Below are positions 37,422-47,894 of a stretch of DNA of 64,000 nt, one piece after another (position 1 is the first letter of the stretch; each line of letters starts with the position of its first letter). The stretch comes from a phage. The position numbers and the translations under genes are program-made. The notes under the pieces are model-generated. The model had not been told where the DNA came from, made no database searches, and saw nothing but the letters and a program-made list of their open reading frames with translations. The stretch is from sequence record OZ346158.1. One strand, given 5' to 3'.

Positions 37422-38510
37422 TTAAAACTCCCAAATTTCTTCTTCAGCGTCGTTAACAGTTGTGTTGACGCGGTAGTCAGTGTTCGACATTTCTTGGTTC
37501 GCCGTCTGTTGTAATGAAGGTTTCATCCACACCTGCATAAACGGTAGCGGGTCCTTTGTTGGCGGCACAAAGTCTTTGTCGATGTCGTAGTAATCATAAA
37601 TCGGTGAGCAGTTATAGTCAACCCACTCTTTAAGCAACGGTGAGTTAAGACCTATAATCGCTCTTCCTTCGCTGAAAATATAGTCACTCCAACCGTACTC
37701 TTTGGTTCGTACTTCATCAAGAATCTCTTTTAACTCCCCCTTTATCTCAAGGAAGCTTTTCTCCCATGCGGGATCATTAAGCAAGATATCAATGATGGCA
37801 AAATCACCTTTCGAATGTAGCATTTCGTCAAGCATGATTTTTTGAACAAGCTGCGCCACCTGAACAAAGATACCCTGTTCAGCTACTGCGAAAGTGCATG
37901 CAAAACTTGCAATAAACTCAATACTTTCCAGAGCTAAAAGCGCAAAAAGCGCTCTAAGAATGCATTTCCGCACAATATCTTCTTCAACACTAGAAGGATC
38001 CAGGCGGTATTTTGCACCAATAACCTCAAGCTCTTGCATGTATTTGACAATAACGCCGGATCTGCTCAGAACGTTTTGGTTTTCCTGAATCTCTTCTATA
38101 ATCTCACGGGCATTGGGGAGGCATTGTCTAACAATCTCTGAGTAAGTTAGTGCGTGAAGAACTTCAATCTCTGACTGTTTCATCAATAGAGTGAAAAGCT
38201 CACTATTAGTGATGAATGGTGAAAAGAGGCAGATGATCGATCTTGCCGCAACGCTATCAGCCTCCCATTGCCACATCAAGGTCTGCACCATCACGTCATA
38301 AGTTGACTTTGAGCATGTTACAAAATCTGAAATAGATTGCGACAAATCCACTTCATCCTCTGCCCAATCTTGCTCTTTTTGTTTTTTGTATAGTTCAAAC
38401 AGTTGTGGATATTTTTTGTTGATAGAGTCGTACATACCCATTTGCTGTCCCAGAAACAGCGGATAGTCACCAGTTTTATGAGCGGTGTTCTCAGCATTAA
38501 ATACAGCCAT
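37422..38510 (-). CDS. nrdB: ribonucleotide reductase class Ia small subunit
   Basis: About 360 aa immediately downstream of nrdA; start taken at MAVFNAEN with SD agagg; a GC hairpin lies between nrdA stop and this start. Confidence 0.75.
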   Translation of the reverse strand: MAVFNAENTAHKTGDYPLFLGQQMGMYDSINKKYPQLFELYKKQKEQDWAEDEVDLSQSISDFVTCSKSTYDVMVQTLMWQWEADSVAARSIICLFSPFITNSELFTLLMKQSEIEVLHALTYSEIVRQCLPNAREIIEEIQENQNVLSRSGVIVKYMQELEVIGAKYRLDPSSVEEDIVRKCILRALFALLALESIEFIASFACTFAVAEQGIFVQVAQLVQKIMLDEMLHSKGDFAIIDILLNDPAWEKSFLEIKGELKEILDEVRTKEYGWSDYIFSEGRAIIGLNSPLLKEWVDYNCSPIYDYYDIDKDFVPPTKDPLPFMQVWMKPSLQQTANQEMSNTDYRVNTTVNDAEEEIWEF

Positions 38511-38548
38511 TATTCTACCTCTAAAATGGGGCCGAAGCCCCTTTAAAA

Positions 38549-40864
38549 TTATAGTGCACAGCTTTCGCAATACGGATCTTCAACTGAACTATCTGCAATC
38601 AAAGGATAGTTCTTTCTGGTTTCATCTTCAGCCTGTTTCTTGGCATGAAGTTCCTCTGCCAAGGAGTCACCAGCACCAACCCTAGAGTTTAAATAATACC
38701 ATGTCTTCATCCCGAATTTAGTGGCACGGATAAGGTACCCTAACTGCTCCTTCATTGAAATTTTACCATCTTTCAACTTGGTGTAGTCTATGTATAAATC
38801 CGCGCTGATTGCCTGACCTGTGAATTTTTGAATCACGGCATACATATCGATCATGTCGTTAGTATCAACGTCCCAAGCCGAGGTATAATACTCTTTCAAC
38901 TCATCATAGTCAGGAACGATAAACAGCACCTGCCCTTGTGGCGACTTTTTAAAGATAATGTGCTCACGGACAGGATAAACCCCGTTAGTGGTGTTTGTTG
39001 CCAGCGAAGAGCTTTCATTAGGCATATATGCTTCAAGAACGCTATTACGTAGCCCACCATTCTCAATGATTTCTTTACGTAACCCTTCCCAATCCTGTTT
39101 AAGAGAAGGATCTTTCACCACGCTATCGACCTCTTTGTTATAGGTGTCGATTGGTAACCAACCTTCTGGATATTTTGTTTTATGCATCCACTCGCAGACA
39201 CCACGCTCTTTTGCCAACCGTAAACTTGCCTTATGCAAGCTGTAGCTGTGAAGTTCTGCAAGATCGTGAACGAGCTGTTTACTTTCAGGAGACCCGTAAG
39301 TAACCTTGTGGCTGGCAATAAAATGTGCAACATTGGTAAGGCCAACCCCGATGGATCTGCGTTTTTTAACTGTGCTTTCCATATTTTCATACGGATATGT
39401 CATGATTTCCATAACATTGTCAATCATAAGCACCGTATAGTATGCAACATCCTCATACTCCTCTGGAGTAACCCTCCCAGCTACAAGAGATGACAGGAAG
39501 CACAATGCAACCTCTCCATCATCAGCATCGTACTTGAAGATATTACGCATATCTGAATAGCCTTTTGTCGGGAGGGCTATTTCTGCACACAGGTTGCTTG
39601 AATAGATCACATCTTTAAAAGGTGTATGTCTATTCATCTCATCTGTCCAGTATACGTACAGCCTTCCCACCTCAGTGCGCTGCGTGATCAGTTCAACAGC
39701 AAGATCTCTAGCTCGGATCCATGTTTTAGGAATACTGTCATCTTTAGCAATACGATCAACCTCTGCATCAAACTCCTCCATAGACATGGTGAAGATACCC
39801 TCATGCAGTTGAGGCGCGTGCTTATAAGAAACAAGCATCCAATCTAAATTCTTAGCCACACGGTTGATAAACGACCTATTAATACCGATGGAGTAGTCCA
39901 TGGTGTTGATTCTTTTTGAAGCAACAGTCATAGGGTTTCTCAAACGGATTAGCTCATCAATCTGCGGGTCCAGTGCAAGGAATGATACTGTTGCAGAACC
40001 ACCACGTGATTGTTGTCTGTTCTCCTTAACCCCAGCATCAATACCTCGATAATATGGAATCTTACCCATATGTTTAATAGTGTTACCACGAACACCATCG
40101 CCTGCAGATCTTGAGGATAAGTAGTAGCCGATACCTGCTTGGTTAACCGTCATTGTGTACGCAACTTCACGTGCCACACCAATAGATTTTGCTGTATCGT
40201 CAGCTTTTATTACACAACAAGATGCATACCCTGTCTTACCTGTGCGCAGCCCGTTTAAGTACGGTGTTGGGGCATTGATCTTTAAGTCGGACAGATAAGT
40301 GTATAATTTTACAACATCGTTGATACGACGTTCTTTCGGCATATTCTTCATGACAGCCATTGCTATCCCCATAAACATCATCTGGGGAGATTCAAACAAG
40401 GTGTCTTTAAGAGTATCCTTGATCCCGTATTTGTCGCGAAACTGTTTAAGGACTGCATAGCCATAACCGAGATCTTTACTGTGGTCAATAACAGCGTCTA
40501 AAGTGTTTAGCTCGGTAAAGCTATAACCCATATCCTCCCAATAACCTTTCTCAACCATGTCATTGTAAAATGATGGTAAGGAAGGGATCTTTGTAAACCC
40601 TCCAAAAGCCTCTTTATAGATCTGACCAATAAGAACACGACCAGCCATACGGGAATGTGCTTCGTCTTTACGGCTAACACAAGAGTCTATAATAGCTTGG
40701 TTAACTTCTTTGGTTGTACATCCATCATACAACCGCTTGTAGGCATCCAGTGCAATATGTGACCAATTGCCGTTACCATCGTCACCGAAAATAGCTGCCT
40801 TATTTAAACGTTCTGGATCGAATGCCACTTCACATCCGTTGCTTTTAATTACCTTGGTGATCAA
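38549..40864 (-). CDS. nrdA: ribonucleotide reductase class Ia large subunit
   Basis: ATP cone at N-terminus, active-site SSNLCAEIALP, 771 aa. Confidence 0.9.
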   Translation of the reverse strand: MITKVIKSNGCEVAFDPERLNKAAIFGDDGNGNWSHIALDAYKRLYDGCTTKEVNQAIIDSCVSRKDEAHSRMAGRVLIGQIYKEAFGGFTKIPSLPSFYNDMVEKGYWEDMGYSFTELNTLDAVIDHSKDLGYGYAVLKQFRDKYGIKDTLKDTLFESPQMMFMGIAMAVMKNMPKERRINDVVKLYTYLSDLKINAPTPYLNGLRTGKTGYASCCVIKADDTAKSIGVAREVAYTMTVNQAGIGYYLSSRSAGDGVRGNTIKHMGKIPYYRGIDAGVKENRQQSRGGSATVSFLALDPQIDELIRLRNPMTVASKRINTMDYSIGINRSFINRVAKNLDWMLVSYKHAPQLHEGIFTMSMEEFDAEVDRIAKDDSIPKTWIRARDLAVELITQRTEVGRLYVYWTDEMNRHTPFKDVIYSSNLCAEIALPTKGYSDMRNIFKYDADDGEVALCFLSSLVAGRVTPEEYEDVAYYTVLMIDNVMEIMTYPYENMESTVKKRRSIGVGLTNVAHFIASHKVTYGSPESKQLVHDLAELHSYSLHKASLRLAKERGVCEWMHKTKYPEGWLPIDTYNKEVDSVVKDPSLKQDWEGLRKEIIENGGLRNSVLEAYMPNESSSLATNTTNGVYPVREHIIFKKSPQGQVLFIVPDYDELKEYYTSAWDVDTNDMIDMYAVIQKFTGQAISADLYIDYTKLKDGKISMKEQLGYLIRATKFGMKTWYYLNSRVGAGDSLAEELHAKKQAEDETRKNYPLIADSSVEDPYCESCAL

Positions 40865-41169
40865 TTTGCTTCCTCCACTTCACTAACGTATTTATCAAGG
40901 CAGGTATCAGTATCTTGCTGGATAAAAGTATCCTCTTCTACAGAGATATTTATAATTTTACCTGTATACTCGTCATAATAGACATCATCATACATTTTAA
41001 TATCGTTTGTCAGGCCATTGAACCAAAGCCAACCAACATACTCTGCCCGACTTGCAAAACCAAGATCCTTCCACTTGGAGTTATGACTCATCTTCACCAC
41101 CTTAGCTTTCAATACCGAATAATTTTTCCAGGCGATGCAGATCTTCAAAATTGAAAGGTTCATCAACAA
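40861..41169 (-). CDS. hypothetical protein
   Basis: ORF. Confidence 0.45.
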   Translation of the reverse strand: MLMNLSILKICIAWKNYSVLKAKVVKMSHNSKWKDLGFASRAEYVGWLWFNGLTNDIKMYDDVYYDEYTGKIINISVEEDTFIQQDTDTCLDKYVSEVEEAN

Positions 41170-41602
41170 TATGAATATCTTCAGCCTTTTCAGATTGTTT
41201 TGTATACTTTCTTACATTAACACGATCCTCTACGGGGATATCATACGGGAGATCTTGAACAAGCATTGCCTCACCAGGTGCTTTATCTACATCTAAAATA
41301 TCTACACCGTTATACATTTGTGGGTATCTAAAGTCTGCACGCATGACACCAGCAAATACATCTGCCTTTCGATAATGTGTTGGCTTATTTTTGCATCGAA
41401 CGTTTTTTCCACGAAGAACATCAATACTTTTTAAATCAAACCCTACGGCAAAGAGTGCAGCTCGGAGACCGTTTCGTGTGCGAACGTTAAACCCGGGGAC
41501 GGTAGATAGAAAATCTAAAGTAACTGAAATAAATGTCTTTTTAGGAATCATAACATTACTCATATCTGTCTCCATTTCTGGCTCACCAACAAAGTGAGCC
41601 AT
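41102..41602 (-). CDS. hypothetical protein
   Basis: ORF. Confidence 0.5.
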   Translation of the reverse strand: MAHFVGEPEMETDMSNVMIPKKTFISVTLDFLSTVPGFNVRTRNGLRAALFAVGFDLKSIDVLRGKNVRCKNKPTHYRKADVFAGVMRADFRYPQMYNGVDILDVDKAPGEAMLVQDLPYDIPVEDRVNVRKYTKQSEKAEDIHIVDEPFNFEDLHRLEKLFGIES

Positions 41603-41661
41603 TATTATAGATTATCTAATACTATTAGTCAACACAAAAGTTACCTATCGCTGTGATAGGA

Positions 41662-42645
41662 TTAACCTTTCACGAAGTGGTTATTAAGCAGTTGTCTGTG
41701 CTGAACCCACCCACAAAAGTTGGCAGACCAGAATTTACCATCACGGTCTTGATGGGTTACACCTTCCTGCCAAGTACTGATGTCTTGTGTGATTTCACAT
41801 GAAGACAGGTAGTAGTTTAAACGTTCCATTGCGTTATCGTGATCCATAGGTGTTGCCTGGTGCTCGTAAGGGCTTGCATGAATACGATCCCCACCAATCA
41901 ATTTTTTAGCCACACTATCTGCCTTTTCAAACGTGCTGTCAATATTTCGATAAGATACTTGTGCACAGCAACTAGCACTGATAGACAGAGCTTCTTTAGT
42001 ATCGAGAATGCAGAGCTTTCCTTCTGTGTCACGTACAGCGTAGTTAAACTCTCCGTCCAAATAAACGTGCTCTACATATGGGGTGTGCCATTGACCCGGT
42101 TTAAGGATTTCAGGAGTGCTATTCTCAAGAGCCTCCCACATACAATTAGCTAACATCTGAATCGTAGGATCCGCATCGTGCCAGCAACGGAGGTGGAAAA
42201 AATTATTCCACTCGGTGCTTGTTACAACTGTTTTCATGCGCTGGAACGGCTCCACTAAGCGGTTACATACTTGCTTATGGTAACCAGCAAGGGCGAACTT
42301 CTCTGCATGCCAAGCGGCGTTTTTTGCAGCTTCTTTCCAAAACTCTTCAGGAGTTAGCTCCATGTCAGTGTACTCTACACGGATCTTTTGATCGTGTTCC
42401 CCACCATCTTCCATTCCTCGCTTATTTACACCGAAGCGAACTGGCATTGCCGGATTCTCCACAATCTGTTGCAGCATCTTGCCGACAGGTACTGCACGGG
42501 AAGACATGGCGTTTCGGCTGAACACTCGGTGCGTCATAAGCTCTGAGTGAATAATTCGAGGATACTCTAGTTCAAAAGTGGTGATACGCTTACCTTTCTC
42601 GGAAATGCTGTCAGCAATAATCTTTGCAGTGCACAGTTTTAGCAT
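41662..42645 (-). CDS. thyX: flavin-dependent thymidylate synthase
   Basis: ThyX signature HRVFSRNAMSSRA (RHR..S..N..S.R pattern). Confidence 0.7.
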   Translation of the reverse strand: MLKLCTAKIIADSISEKGKRITTFELEYPRIIHSELMTHRVFSRNAMSSRAVPVGKMLQQIVENPAMPVRFGVNKRGMEDGGEHDQKIRVEYTDMELTPEEFWKEAAKNAAWHAEKFALAGYHKQVCNRLVEPFQRMKTVVTSTEWNNFFHLRCWHDADPTIQMLANCMWEALENSTPEILKPGQWHTPYVEHVYLDGEFNYAVRDTEGKLCILDTKEALSISASCCAQVSYRNIDSTFEKADSVAKKLIGGDRIHASPYEHQATPMDHDNAMERLNYYLSSCEITQDISTWQEGVTHQDRDGKFWSANFCGWVQHRQLLNNHFVKG

Positions 42646-42845
42646 TATTTAGCTCTCCTTGTTTTAATTTTGGAAATTTCGTCTGGGTTTATGTTGGCCT
42701 TAAATGCAAGGTATCTGTTGAACATGTCAGAGCACATATCTTGGGTGATCCTAGAGGCATACACTAGCTTACCTCCTAGATCATACACCTCTAGCCAGTC
42801 ACCGTATCTGACTACAGGATCGCCACCTTTAGAACATCTGCCCAT
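42645..42845 (-). CDS. hypothetical protein
   Basis: ORF. Confidence 0.45.
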   Translation of the reverse strand: MGRCSKGGDPVVRYGDWLEVYDLGGKLVYASRITQDMCSDMFNRYLAFKANINPDEISKIKTRRAK

Positions 42846-42846
42846 T

Positions 42847-43440
42847 TCAAATACCTTCTAAAAATTTTCCTATTTTATACCAGCTATTAGCGGTATAGTC
42901 AACACTGACCTTTAACTCCTCGAATTGCTCATAAGGCGTATCTTTTAGGATTTTAATAACTTCAGGTCGTGAAGCGAATTGGTTCAGGTATTCATGCCTG
43001 TCGTCAATTATAACATCTACAGCCACATTCCCTTTGAAATGTGTGGCGTAGAAGCCGTGGCCCTGGGTGTGATCGTCCAGATCCATAAAATCACTGGTCC
43101 AACGCTTTAAGAACCTTGATTTAGATGCAAGGTGACCTTTCTTGCATACCGAGATAAATGCAAGCTTGTGACCACGAGCCACCAAATCTTTCATAACCTC
43201 AATAGCCCCCTCTTCAGGCTTAAGGAAGTCGTAGAGGAACGGATCACTCCAGAAATCAAAAGGTCCTATGATGTTTTCTTTGGGACGATCAGGCCAATAC
43301 TTTGACAGATCGTAATACATTAGCCCATTAGAAGGTTTAGCTACTGTCTTACTGGCTGGACCATACAAACGCTCCAACCACTCCCACCATGCTGTTCCTG
43401 AATCTACCAGTGTCAGATCTACATCAATTCCGATTAACAT
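42847..43440 (-). CDS. HAD-superfamily 5'-nucleotidase (deoxyribonucleotidase-like)
   Basis: N-terminal DVDLT (DxDxT) HAD motif I. Confidence 0.6.
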   Translation of the reverse strand: MLIGIDVDLTLVDSGTAWWEWLERLYGPASKTVAKPSNGLMYYDLSKYWPDRPKENIIGPFDFWSDPFLYDFLKPEEGAIEVMKDLVARGHKLAFISVCKKGHLASKSRFLKRWTSDFMDLDDHTQGHGFYATHFKGNVAVDVIIDDRHEYLNQFASRPEVIKILKDTPYEQFEELKVSVDYTANSWYKIGKFLEGI

Positions 43441-44048
43441 TCTTCTTGGGCCTCTTTAGCATCAATATACTTGCACACAATCTCCGATGCACACTCCCAA
43501 GGTGCACCTTCAGGGTTTACAACATCAAACTCAACCCCTTTTATTCCGTTCTTTTCCAGACTTAGATAGGTTCTGGAATCATTTCCCCAGTCATATCCTA
43601 CACGGTGAATACGGAACAACAACAGATCTCCACCTGTGCTGTATGCGTACTCGCTAAGGCATGCCAGCTCCTCTTTGAATCCCCCATCGGAGTAAACAAT
43701 AACCCCTTTACCTTCAGGGAAATCTTTCTTCAAAGATGCGACTGCGGCTTTACCGAAAGCATCTTCACCAAAGATAGGTTTAATCAGATTTTCACTACAA
43801 TGGATCATCCATTCTCGCGGAGAAACATGCTTGCCGTCTATCATTAAGAAAGGGCAAGGCTCTTCTTTGTAGTGGCGGTCATAAAGTGCATTCCAGAGTT
43901 GAGGAGTTACACCAGCTGCCTTAATTGCCACACTGAAGAGCATTTCCTTAACCTCACGGTGGTGTGAGTTAGGAATAGCTTCCAACAAGAGATCTGCAAT
44001 GTGATCCTTACCACTGCTGGGTGGGGCGTTAAGAACAATAATATCCAT
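43434..44048 (-). CDS. P-loop nucleotide kinase (dNMP kinase-like)
   Basis: N-terminal P-loop NAPPSSGKD. Confidence 0.55.
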   Translation of the reverse strand: MDIIVLNAPPSSGKDHIADLLLEAIPNSHHREVKEMLFSVAIKAAGVTPQLWNALYDRHYKEEPCPFLMIDGKHVSPREWMIHCSENLIKPIFGEDAFGKAAVASLKKDFPEGKGVIVYSDGGFKEELACLSEYAYSTGGDLLLFRIHRVGYDWGNDSRTYLSLEKNGIKGVEFDVVNPEGAPWECASEIVCKYIDAKEAQEEC

Positions 44049-44251
44049 TAAAAACCTCCGTGGTATTCTTCAACTGCATCAATAATACTTTTACACTTAT
44101 CTACCAGCTCGTTAGCCACTACAGCATCGTCTTCCCAAACAGCCTCCTCAATCTGATCAAGCAATGATCGCATCTTACTCATCATTTCTGGGATAAAGTT
44201 TTCTGAAAAGCTGTCTGGAATTGTTAACTCTAGTGTCATTTCGGTCTCCAA
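44048..44251 (-). CDS. hypothetical protein
   Basis: ORF. Confidence 0.45.
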   Translation of the reverse strand: METEMTLELTIPDSFSENFIPEMMSKMRSLLDQIEEAVWEDDAVVANELVDKCKSIIDAVEEYHGGF

Positions 44252-44266
44252 TCATACTATGCGTTA

Positions 44267-44725
44267 TTAGAAGTTTGTTTTTACACGTCCCTTCTCATCA
44301 ACCTCGTTGTTAGCTAAAAGCGTTACAAAGTCTGTGAAACGAACATGAAGAACCCTTTTCTTATCAAGGTATCCTAAAGCCACCCCTGAGAAATTTAGCA
44401 TCAAAGGGGCTAAAGAAGCTCTGGCACTGAAATGCTGTTGTTCTACCCTTCCAACACCCTTAGTGTAGGATGGGTTAAGATTGTAAGTTCTGAATCCCAG
44501 TTTTGTTGGAGCTTTAGAATTAAAAACGACTTTATAGCGTTTCTTACTCAACTTATGCTCCAGGATAAGCATTCCCTTATCACCTTTGATAAGTTGAAAA
44601 TCTGTAAAGTGCTCTTTTAAGACGAAAGGTAGTGCCAGTCCCATCGCCTGTCCTCTTTGTACCGCTGTCTCACCAAAAGCTTTTGCATCAGTAAGTTCTT
44701 TGGTCAAGTCTATGCTTTTGATCAT
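44267..44725 (-). CDS. hypothetical protein
   Basis: ORF. Confidence 0.5.
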   Translation of the reverse strand: MIKSIDLTKELTDAKAFGETAVQRGQAMGLALPFVLKEHFTDFQLIKGDKGMLILEHKLSKKRYKVVFNSKAPTKLGFRTYNLNPSYTKGVGRVEQQHFSARASLAPLMLNFSGVALGYLDKKRVLHVRFTDFVTLLANNEVDEKGRVKTNF

Positions 44726-45536
44726 ACCTGGTCTCCAAAATGTATTGTAGTTCTTTCTTACCTATACTCTTCATTCCAGCAGTCTTACCTGCTTCTTCTT
44801 GAAAAGAAGAATAGCATTCAGCAAACACTCTGTCAACACCGTTAACTAAAGATTTTATGAAATATGTTGATTCTTCAGATTTTGGGTCATCATCCCCCAA
44901 TACTTTTCCAGCATTATACCCAACACGTCTTACACAGAAGTCGTAGTCATCTGGTGTGCTAAAAGAAAATAACTTATTCTCTCCAATCTCTACAGGATCC
45001 CTATTGCACGCCTTTTTCTCCCAAATTTGGAAAACACATGGCACGTCATAAGGTTTGCCATTAAGTAAAAACGAATTCTTAGGGCACCTTTCGCTGTAGA
45101 CAAGGTGCATCGACATGTCCAGTTTGTTTGCAAAAAATATTTTTTCAAATGTCCGTGGCAAGATGAAGGCTATAGCCCCTCCAAGCTCTAGCAATGATGC
45201 ACAATGGTTAAAGAATTTGCAAGCTAAGGATGAATTCTTGCCAAATGGTGGGTTACCTATGAAGACATCTGCCTTGGGATGCACCTCCAAGAAGTTTGCC
45301 TGAATGCACGGTGTTGGTCCTTCAAATTCAGGATCTGGTACTAAATCGTACGACAGTATCTCTGAAAATAGTTTTGAAAAAGAACCCCTTCCAGCAGAAG
45401 GCTCAACGTATGCACAATTCCCATACTTATCTTTTACTTTACCAACAAGATATTCTGCATACTCAGGGTTTGTGTAGTATTTGTCGTTGGACTCTTTCTT
45501 GCTCAAAGTGCCTCCAAAAGGAAAAGGGAGGCGCAA
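44688..45536 (-). CDS. DNA N6-adenine methyltransferase (NPPF motif), orphan
   Basis: SAM-binding VEPSAGRGSF and catalytic FIGNPPFG. Confidence 0.65.
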   Translation of the reverse strand: MRLPFPFGGTLSKKESNDKYYTNPEYAEYLVGKVKDKYGNCAYVEPSAGRGSFSKLFSEILSYDLVPDPEFEGPTPCIQANFLEVHPKADVFIGNPPFGKNSSLACKFFNHCASLLELGGAIAFILPRTFEKIFFANKLDMSMHLVYSERCPKNSFLLNGKPYDVPCVFQIWEKKACNRDPVEIGENKLFSFSTPDDYDFCVRRVGYNAGKVLGDDDPKSEESTYFIKSLVNGVDRVFAECYSSFQEEAGKTAGMKSIGKKELQYILETRYDQKHRLDQRTY

Positions 45537-45551
45537 GCCTCCCTATAATTG

Positions 45552-46535
45552 TTAGATTATCTGAATCAGGGTATTTTTCATTTCTTCTCTGGTGCGGATG
45601 TTGTTACGGTCACGAACAACAGATCCACAACCTTCGCAGCGGTATGTTTTAAATGCACTCAGTTGAGTATACGCCAAAGCTTCTTCCTCGTGAAGGTGTT
45701 CTCCACCACAGCGTGGGCAACGAACTTTTGGCTCCTCATCCTGGTAGTACAATGACATGTTGGGGTGCTGCTTAGCAAACGGGCGAGCCAGCAAATACAG
45801 GCCTTCCAGAGATAGGATATCGCCAACATTGTACTCCCGCATCTGTTTAAACGCCTCAAGATCACCGTGAACACACTTGATCCACATTTCAAATGTGTGG
45901 TCAATCAGTTTCTGTCGGGCAAGTTGGAAGTATTTGCATGCATACTCCAAAGTGTTTGCATTCAAACGGAATGCCTTCTTGATCATTTTAAGGGTGTCAA
46001 CCTCTTTGTAGGGGCTTGTTGGAGGCAATCCGTGAAATGCAAATCGTTGGTTGGCCCACCCACAGTCAAAACCTGAATTGTGGGCTACTGCGACATCACA
46101 TTTATCCAGATAATACCACAAATCCTGAATCAATTCGAGATCATTGTGAATATCCTCATCCCACATTTTGTAATCAGGAAGAGCGCAGTCAACCACACTA
46201 GGACTGTCTAACCACTTACCTGCGAAAGTTAGCATGTAGGGCATAATTTCAATACCGCAGGTTTGAATGTTGGTCTTATAGTGCCCAAAGAACCAGCCGT
46301 TTGTTGGAGATGTCTCTGTATCATACACCCAAACTTTAGCACCTTTGTGCTCTTCAAGGAAGCGCTCCGTTGCTTCTCCTACAATCTCTGACATATTCTC
46401 TTGTGCACGTTTAAGCTGTAGTCGGATCCAGCTCTCACGTGACTCACGGCCTAAAAATTCACGAGCAATTTGTCTATTAGTGTATCCCTGTTGCTTTAGT
46501 GTTAAAATTTGCTCAAGAGTTAACTTTGTCATCAT
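45552..46535 (-). CDS. DEDD-family 3'-5' exonuclease (DnaQ-like) with N-terminal HTH
   Basis: Exo I VWVYDTETS, Exo II AHNSGFD, Exo III-like YNVGD; C-terminal CPRCGG...CEGCG zinc ribbon. Confidence 0.6.
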   Translation of the reverse strand: MMTKLTLEQILTLKQQGYTNRQIAREFLGRESRESWIRLQLKRAQENMSEIVGEATERFLEEHKGAKVWVYDTETSPTNGWFFGHYKTNIQTCGIEIMPYMLTFAGKWLDSPSVVDCALPDYKMWDEDIHNDLELIQDLWYYLDKCDVAVAHNSGFDCGWANQRFAFHGLPPTSPYKEVDTLKMIKKAFRLNANTLEYACKYFQLARQKLIDHTFEMWIKCVHGDLEAFKQMREYNVGDILSLEGLYLLARPFAKQHPNMSLYYQDEEPKVRCPRCGGEHLHEEEALAYTQLSAFKTYRCEGCGSVVRDRNNIRTREEMKNTLIQII

Positions 46536-46547
46536 CGTTAAGATTCC

Positions 46548-46769
46548 TTAGTAAAACTGAAGAATGTCTTTTAAAGCGAAGTCACGATATTCGCCCTTGT
46601 CTACATCGAAGGCACGCATCAACCACTGCTCTTCTTTATGATACTCTGTAGAGCCAAACCATAAATTAGGCTCAGTAACGCAGCGATCTGCAACAACACC
46701 TTTCCAGTTACGGTATTTCATCCTGATCAGAACTGAATCGCAAGGATTGAATACCTTTTTCATCCCCAT
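46548..46769 (-). CDS. hypothetical protein
   Basis: ORF. Confidence 0.45.
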   Translation of the reverse strand: MGMKKVFNPCDSVLIRMKYRNWKGVVADRCVTEPNLWFGSTEYHKEEQWLMRAFDVDKGEYRDFALKDILQFY

Positions 46770-47313
46770 AGAAATCTCTCTCCTCAGTTTTCTTTATAAA
46801 CTCCTGCATGTAGAACTCAATAGCCTCATGCTTGGTGCACTCCGGATTAATGACAAGATTGAGATCTGATTCTGCTCGTGCAATGATCGTAGCTTTAGAG
46901 CATCTCCTCAAGAACTTTGTCATATCATCTCTGTAGTTTTTGTGGAGCGGGAAGTCGCTGTAGTCTTTCTCCAAATAGTCAGCCATCCGGCGCAACGCCT
47001 CTGATAAACTGCAATCTGTATACTCGTTACAGTATTTCATCCAGTATTTAAGCACATACCCCTCAAAGGTATTAGTGCATTGGGACAAAACACCCCTGCA
47101 ACGACCAGTCAGATGGTCATGATCCAAACAAGGCTTACGAAGTGGCTCGCACAAGATAGGATCAAGACCATCCTGCTCCTCTGACAATTCTTTTCGAAAG
47201 TTGGCTATGTCCTTAGAATCTTTTAACCACCCGTTATGAACGGGGGCTTTGACAGCTTTCTTTCTTATTTTACGCTTTGCGATAATCCCTCCAGATGCGC
47301 CCTGCCTATCCAA
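46708..47313 (-). CDS. endonuclease VII-family protein (junction-resolving / HNH-like)
   Basis: CLDHDHLTGRCRGVLSQCTN matches Endo VII core (DHDH.TG..RG.LC..CN). Confidence 0.65.
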   Translation of the reverse strand: MDRQGASGGIIAKRKIRKKAVKAPVHNGWLKDSKDIANFRKELSEEQDGLDPILCEPLRKPCLDHDHLTGRCRGVLSQCTNTFEGYVLKYWMKYCNEYTDCSLSEALRRMADYLEKDYSDFPLHKNYRDDMTKFLRRCSKATIIARAESDLNLVINPECTKHEAIEFYMQEFIKKTEERDFYGDEKGIQSLRFSSDQDEIP

Positions 47314-47894
47314 TAAGCATCTGCGAGATCGGCCTTACCTTGTACCAAATTGATCCCATCTAGGAACCCAGGTTCAGATACTTCGCAGGCCTTAACCATC
47401 AACTTTTTATCCATCGTAACAGGTTTCTTCACAGTATGCTCTTTACCTGTCTTTTTGTCAAGCTTTTTCTTCTCCTCGAAAGCAAGTTCCTCAGGAAGAT
47501 GACCACGAGCAAACTTTTTGGCAGTTGTTGGTGTCACTGTGTGGACCTTAAACAGGCCGTCATTTTCACAATCAGCTAAGGCATCCCAAAGCATAACTTC
47601 AAGACCGTAAAACAACCCAGCCAGTTCACGTGTGGCATCCCCGCGTGATCCAAAGGAAAGCCCTTCCATAACTACAGTGTCAACGCCGTGCGTGTGGATA
47701 TAATATCTGACCTGTTTGCAGATCCAGTCAATACGCTCAGCAGCTGTTGCAAAAGAAACCGTCCCTGGTTTCTTCTCTTTTGCAGATGAGCTTTGAGTTC
47801 GTAACACAACCTTATGAACAGGCTTTCCATCGTCCCATACAACGCAAGCTGTGTGTGTCAACGACTGGTCTATGGATAATAGACGCTCTCTCAT
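47265..47894 (-). CDS. RuvC-like Holliday junction resolvase
   Basis: LSIDQSLTHTACVV, VVMEGLSFGSRGD, DLADAYWIG motifs in RuvC order. Confidence 0.6.
   Translation of the reverse strand: MRERLLSIDQSLTHTACVVWDDGKPVHKVVLRTQSSSAKEKKPGTVSFATAAERIDWICKQVRYYIHTHGVDTVVMEGLSFGSRGDATRELAGLFYGLEVMLWDALADCENDGLFKVHTVTPTTAKKFARGHLPEELAFEEKKKLDKKTGKEHTVKKPVTMDKKLMVKACEVSEPGFLDGINLVQGKADLADAYWIGRAHLEGLSQSVK

Noticed and set aside
38828-39847. Several 70-90 codon ORFs on the + strand inside nrdA (38828-39052, 39233-39493, 39626-39847)
   Set aside because: They are antisense to a long, well-supported nrdA reading frame; typical shadow ORFs.
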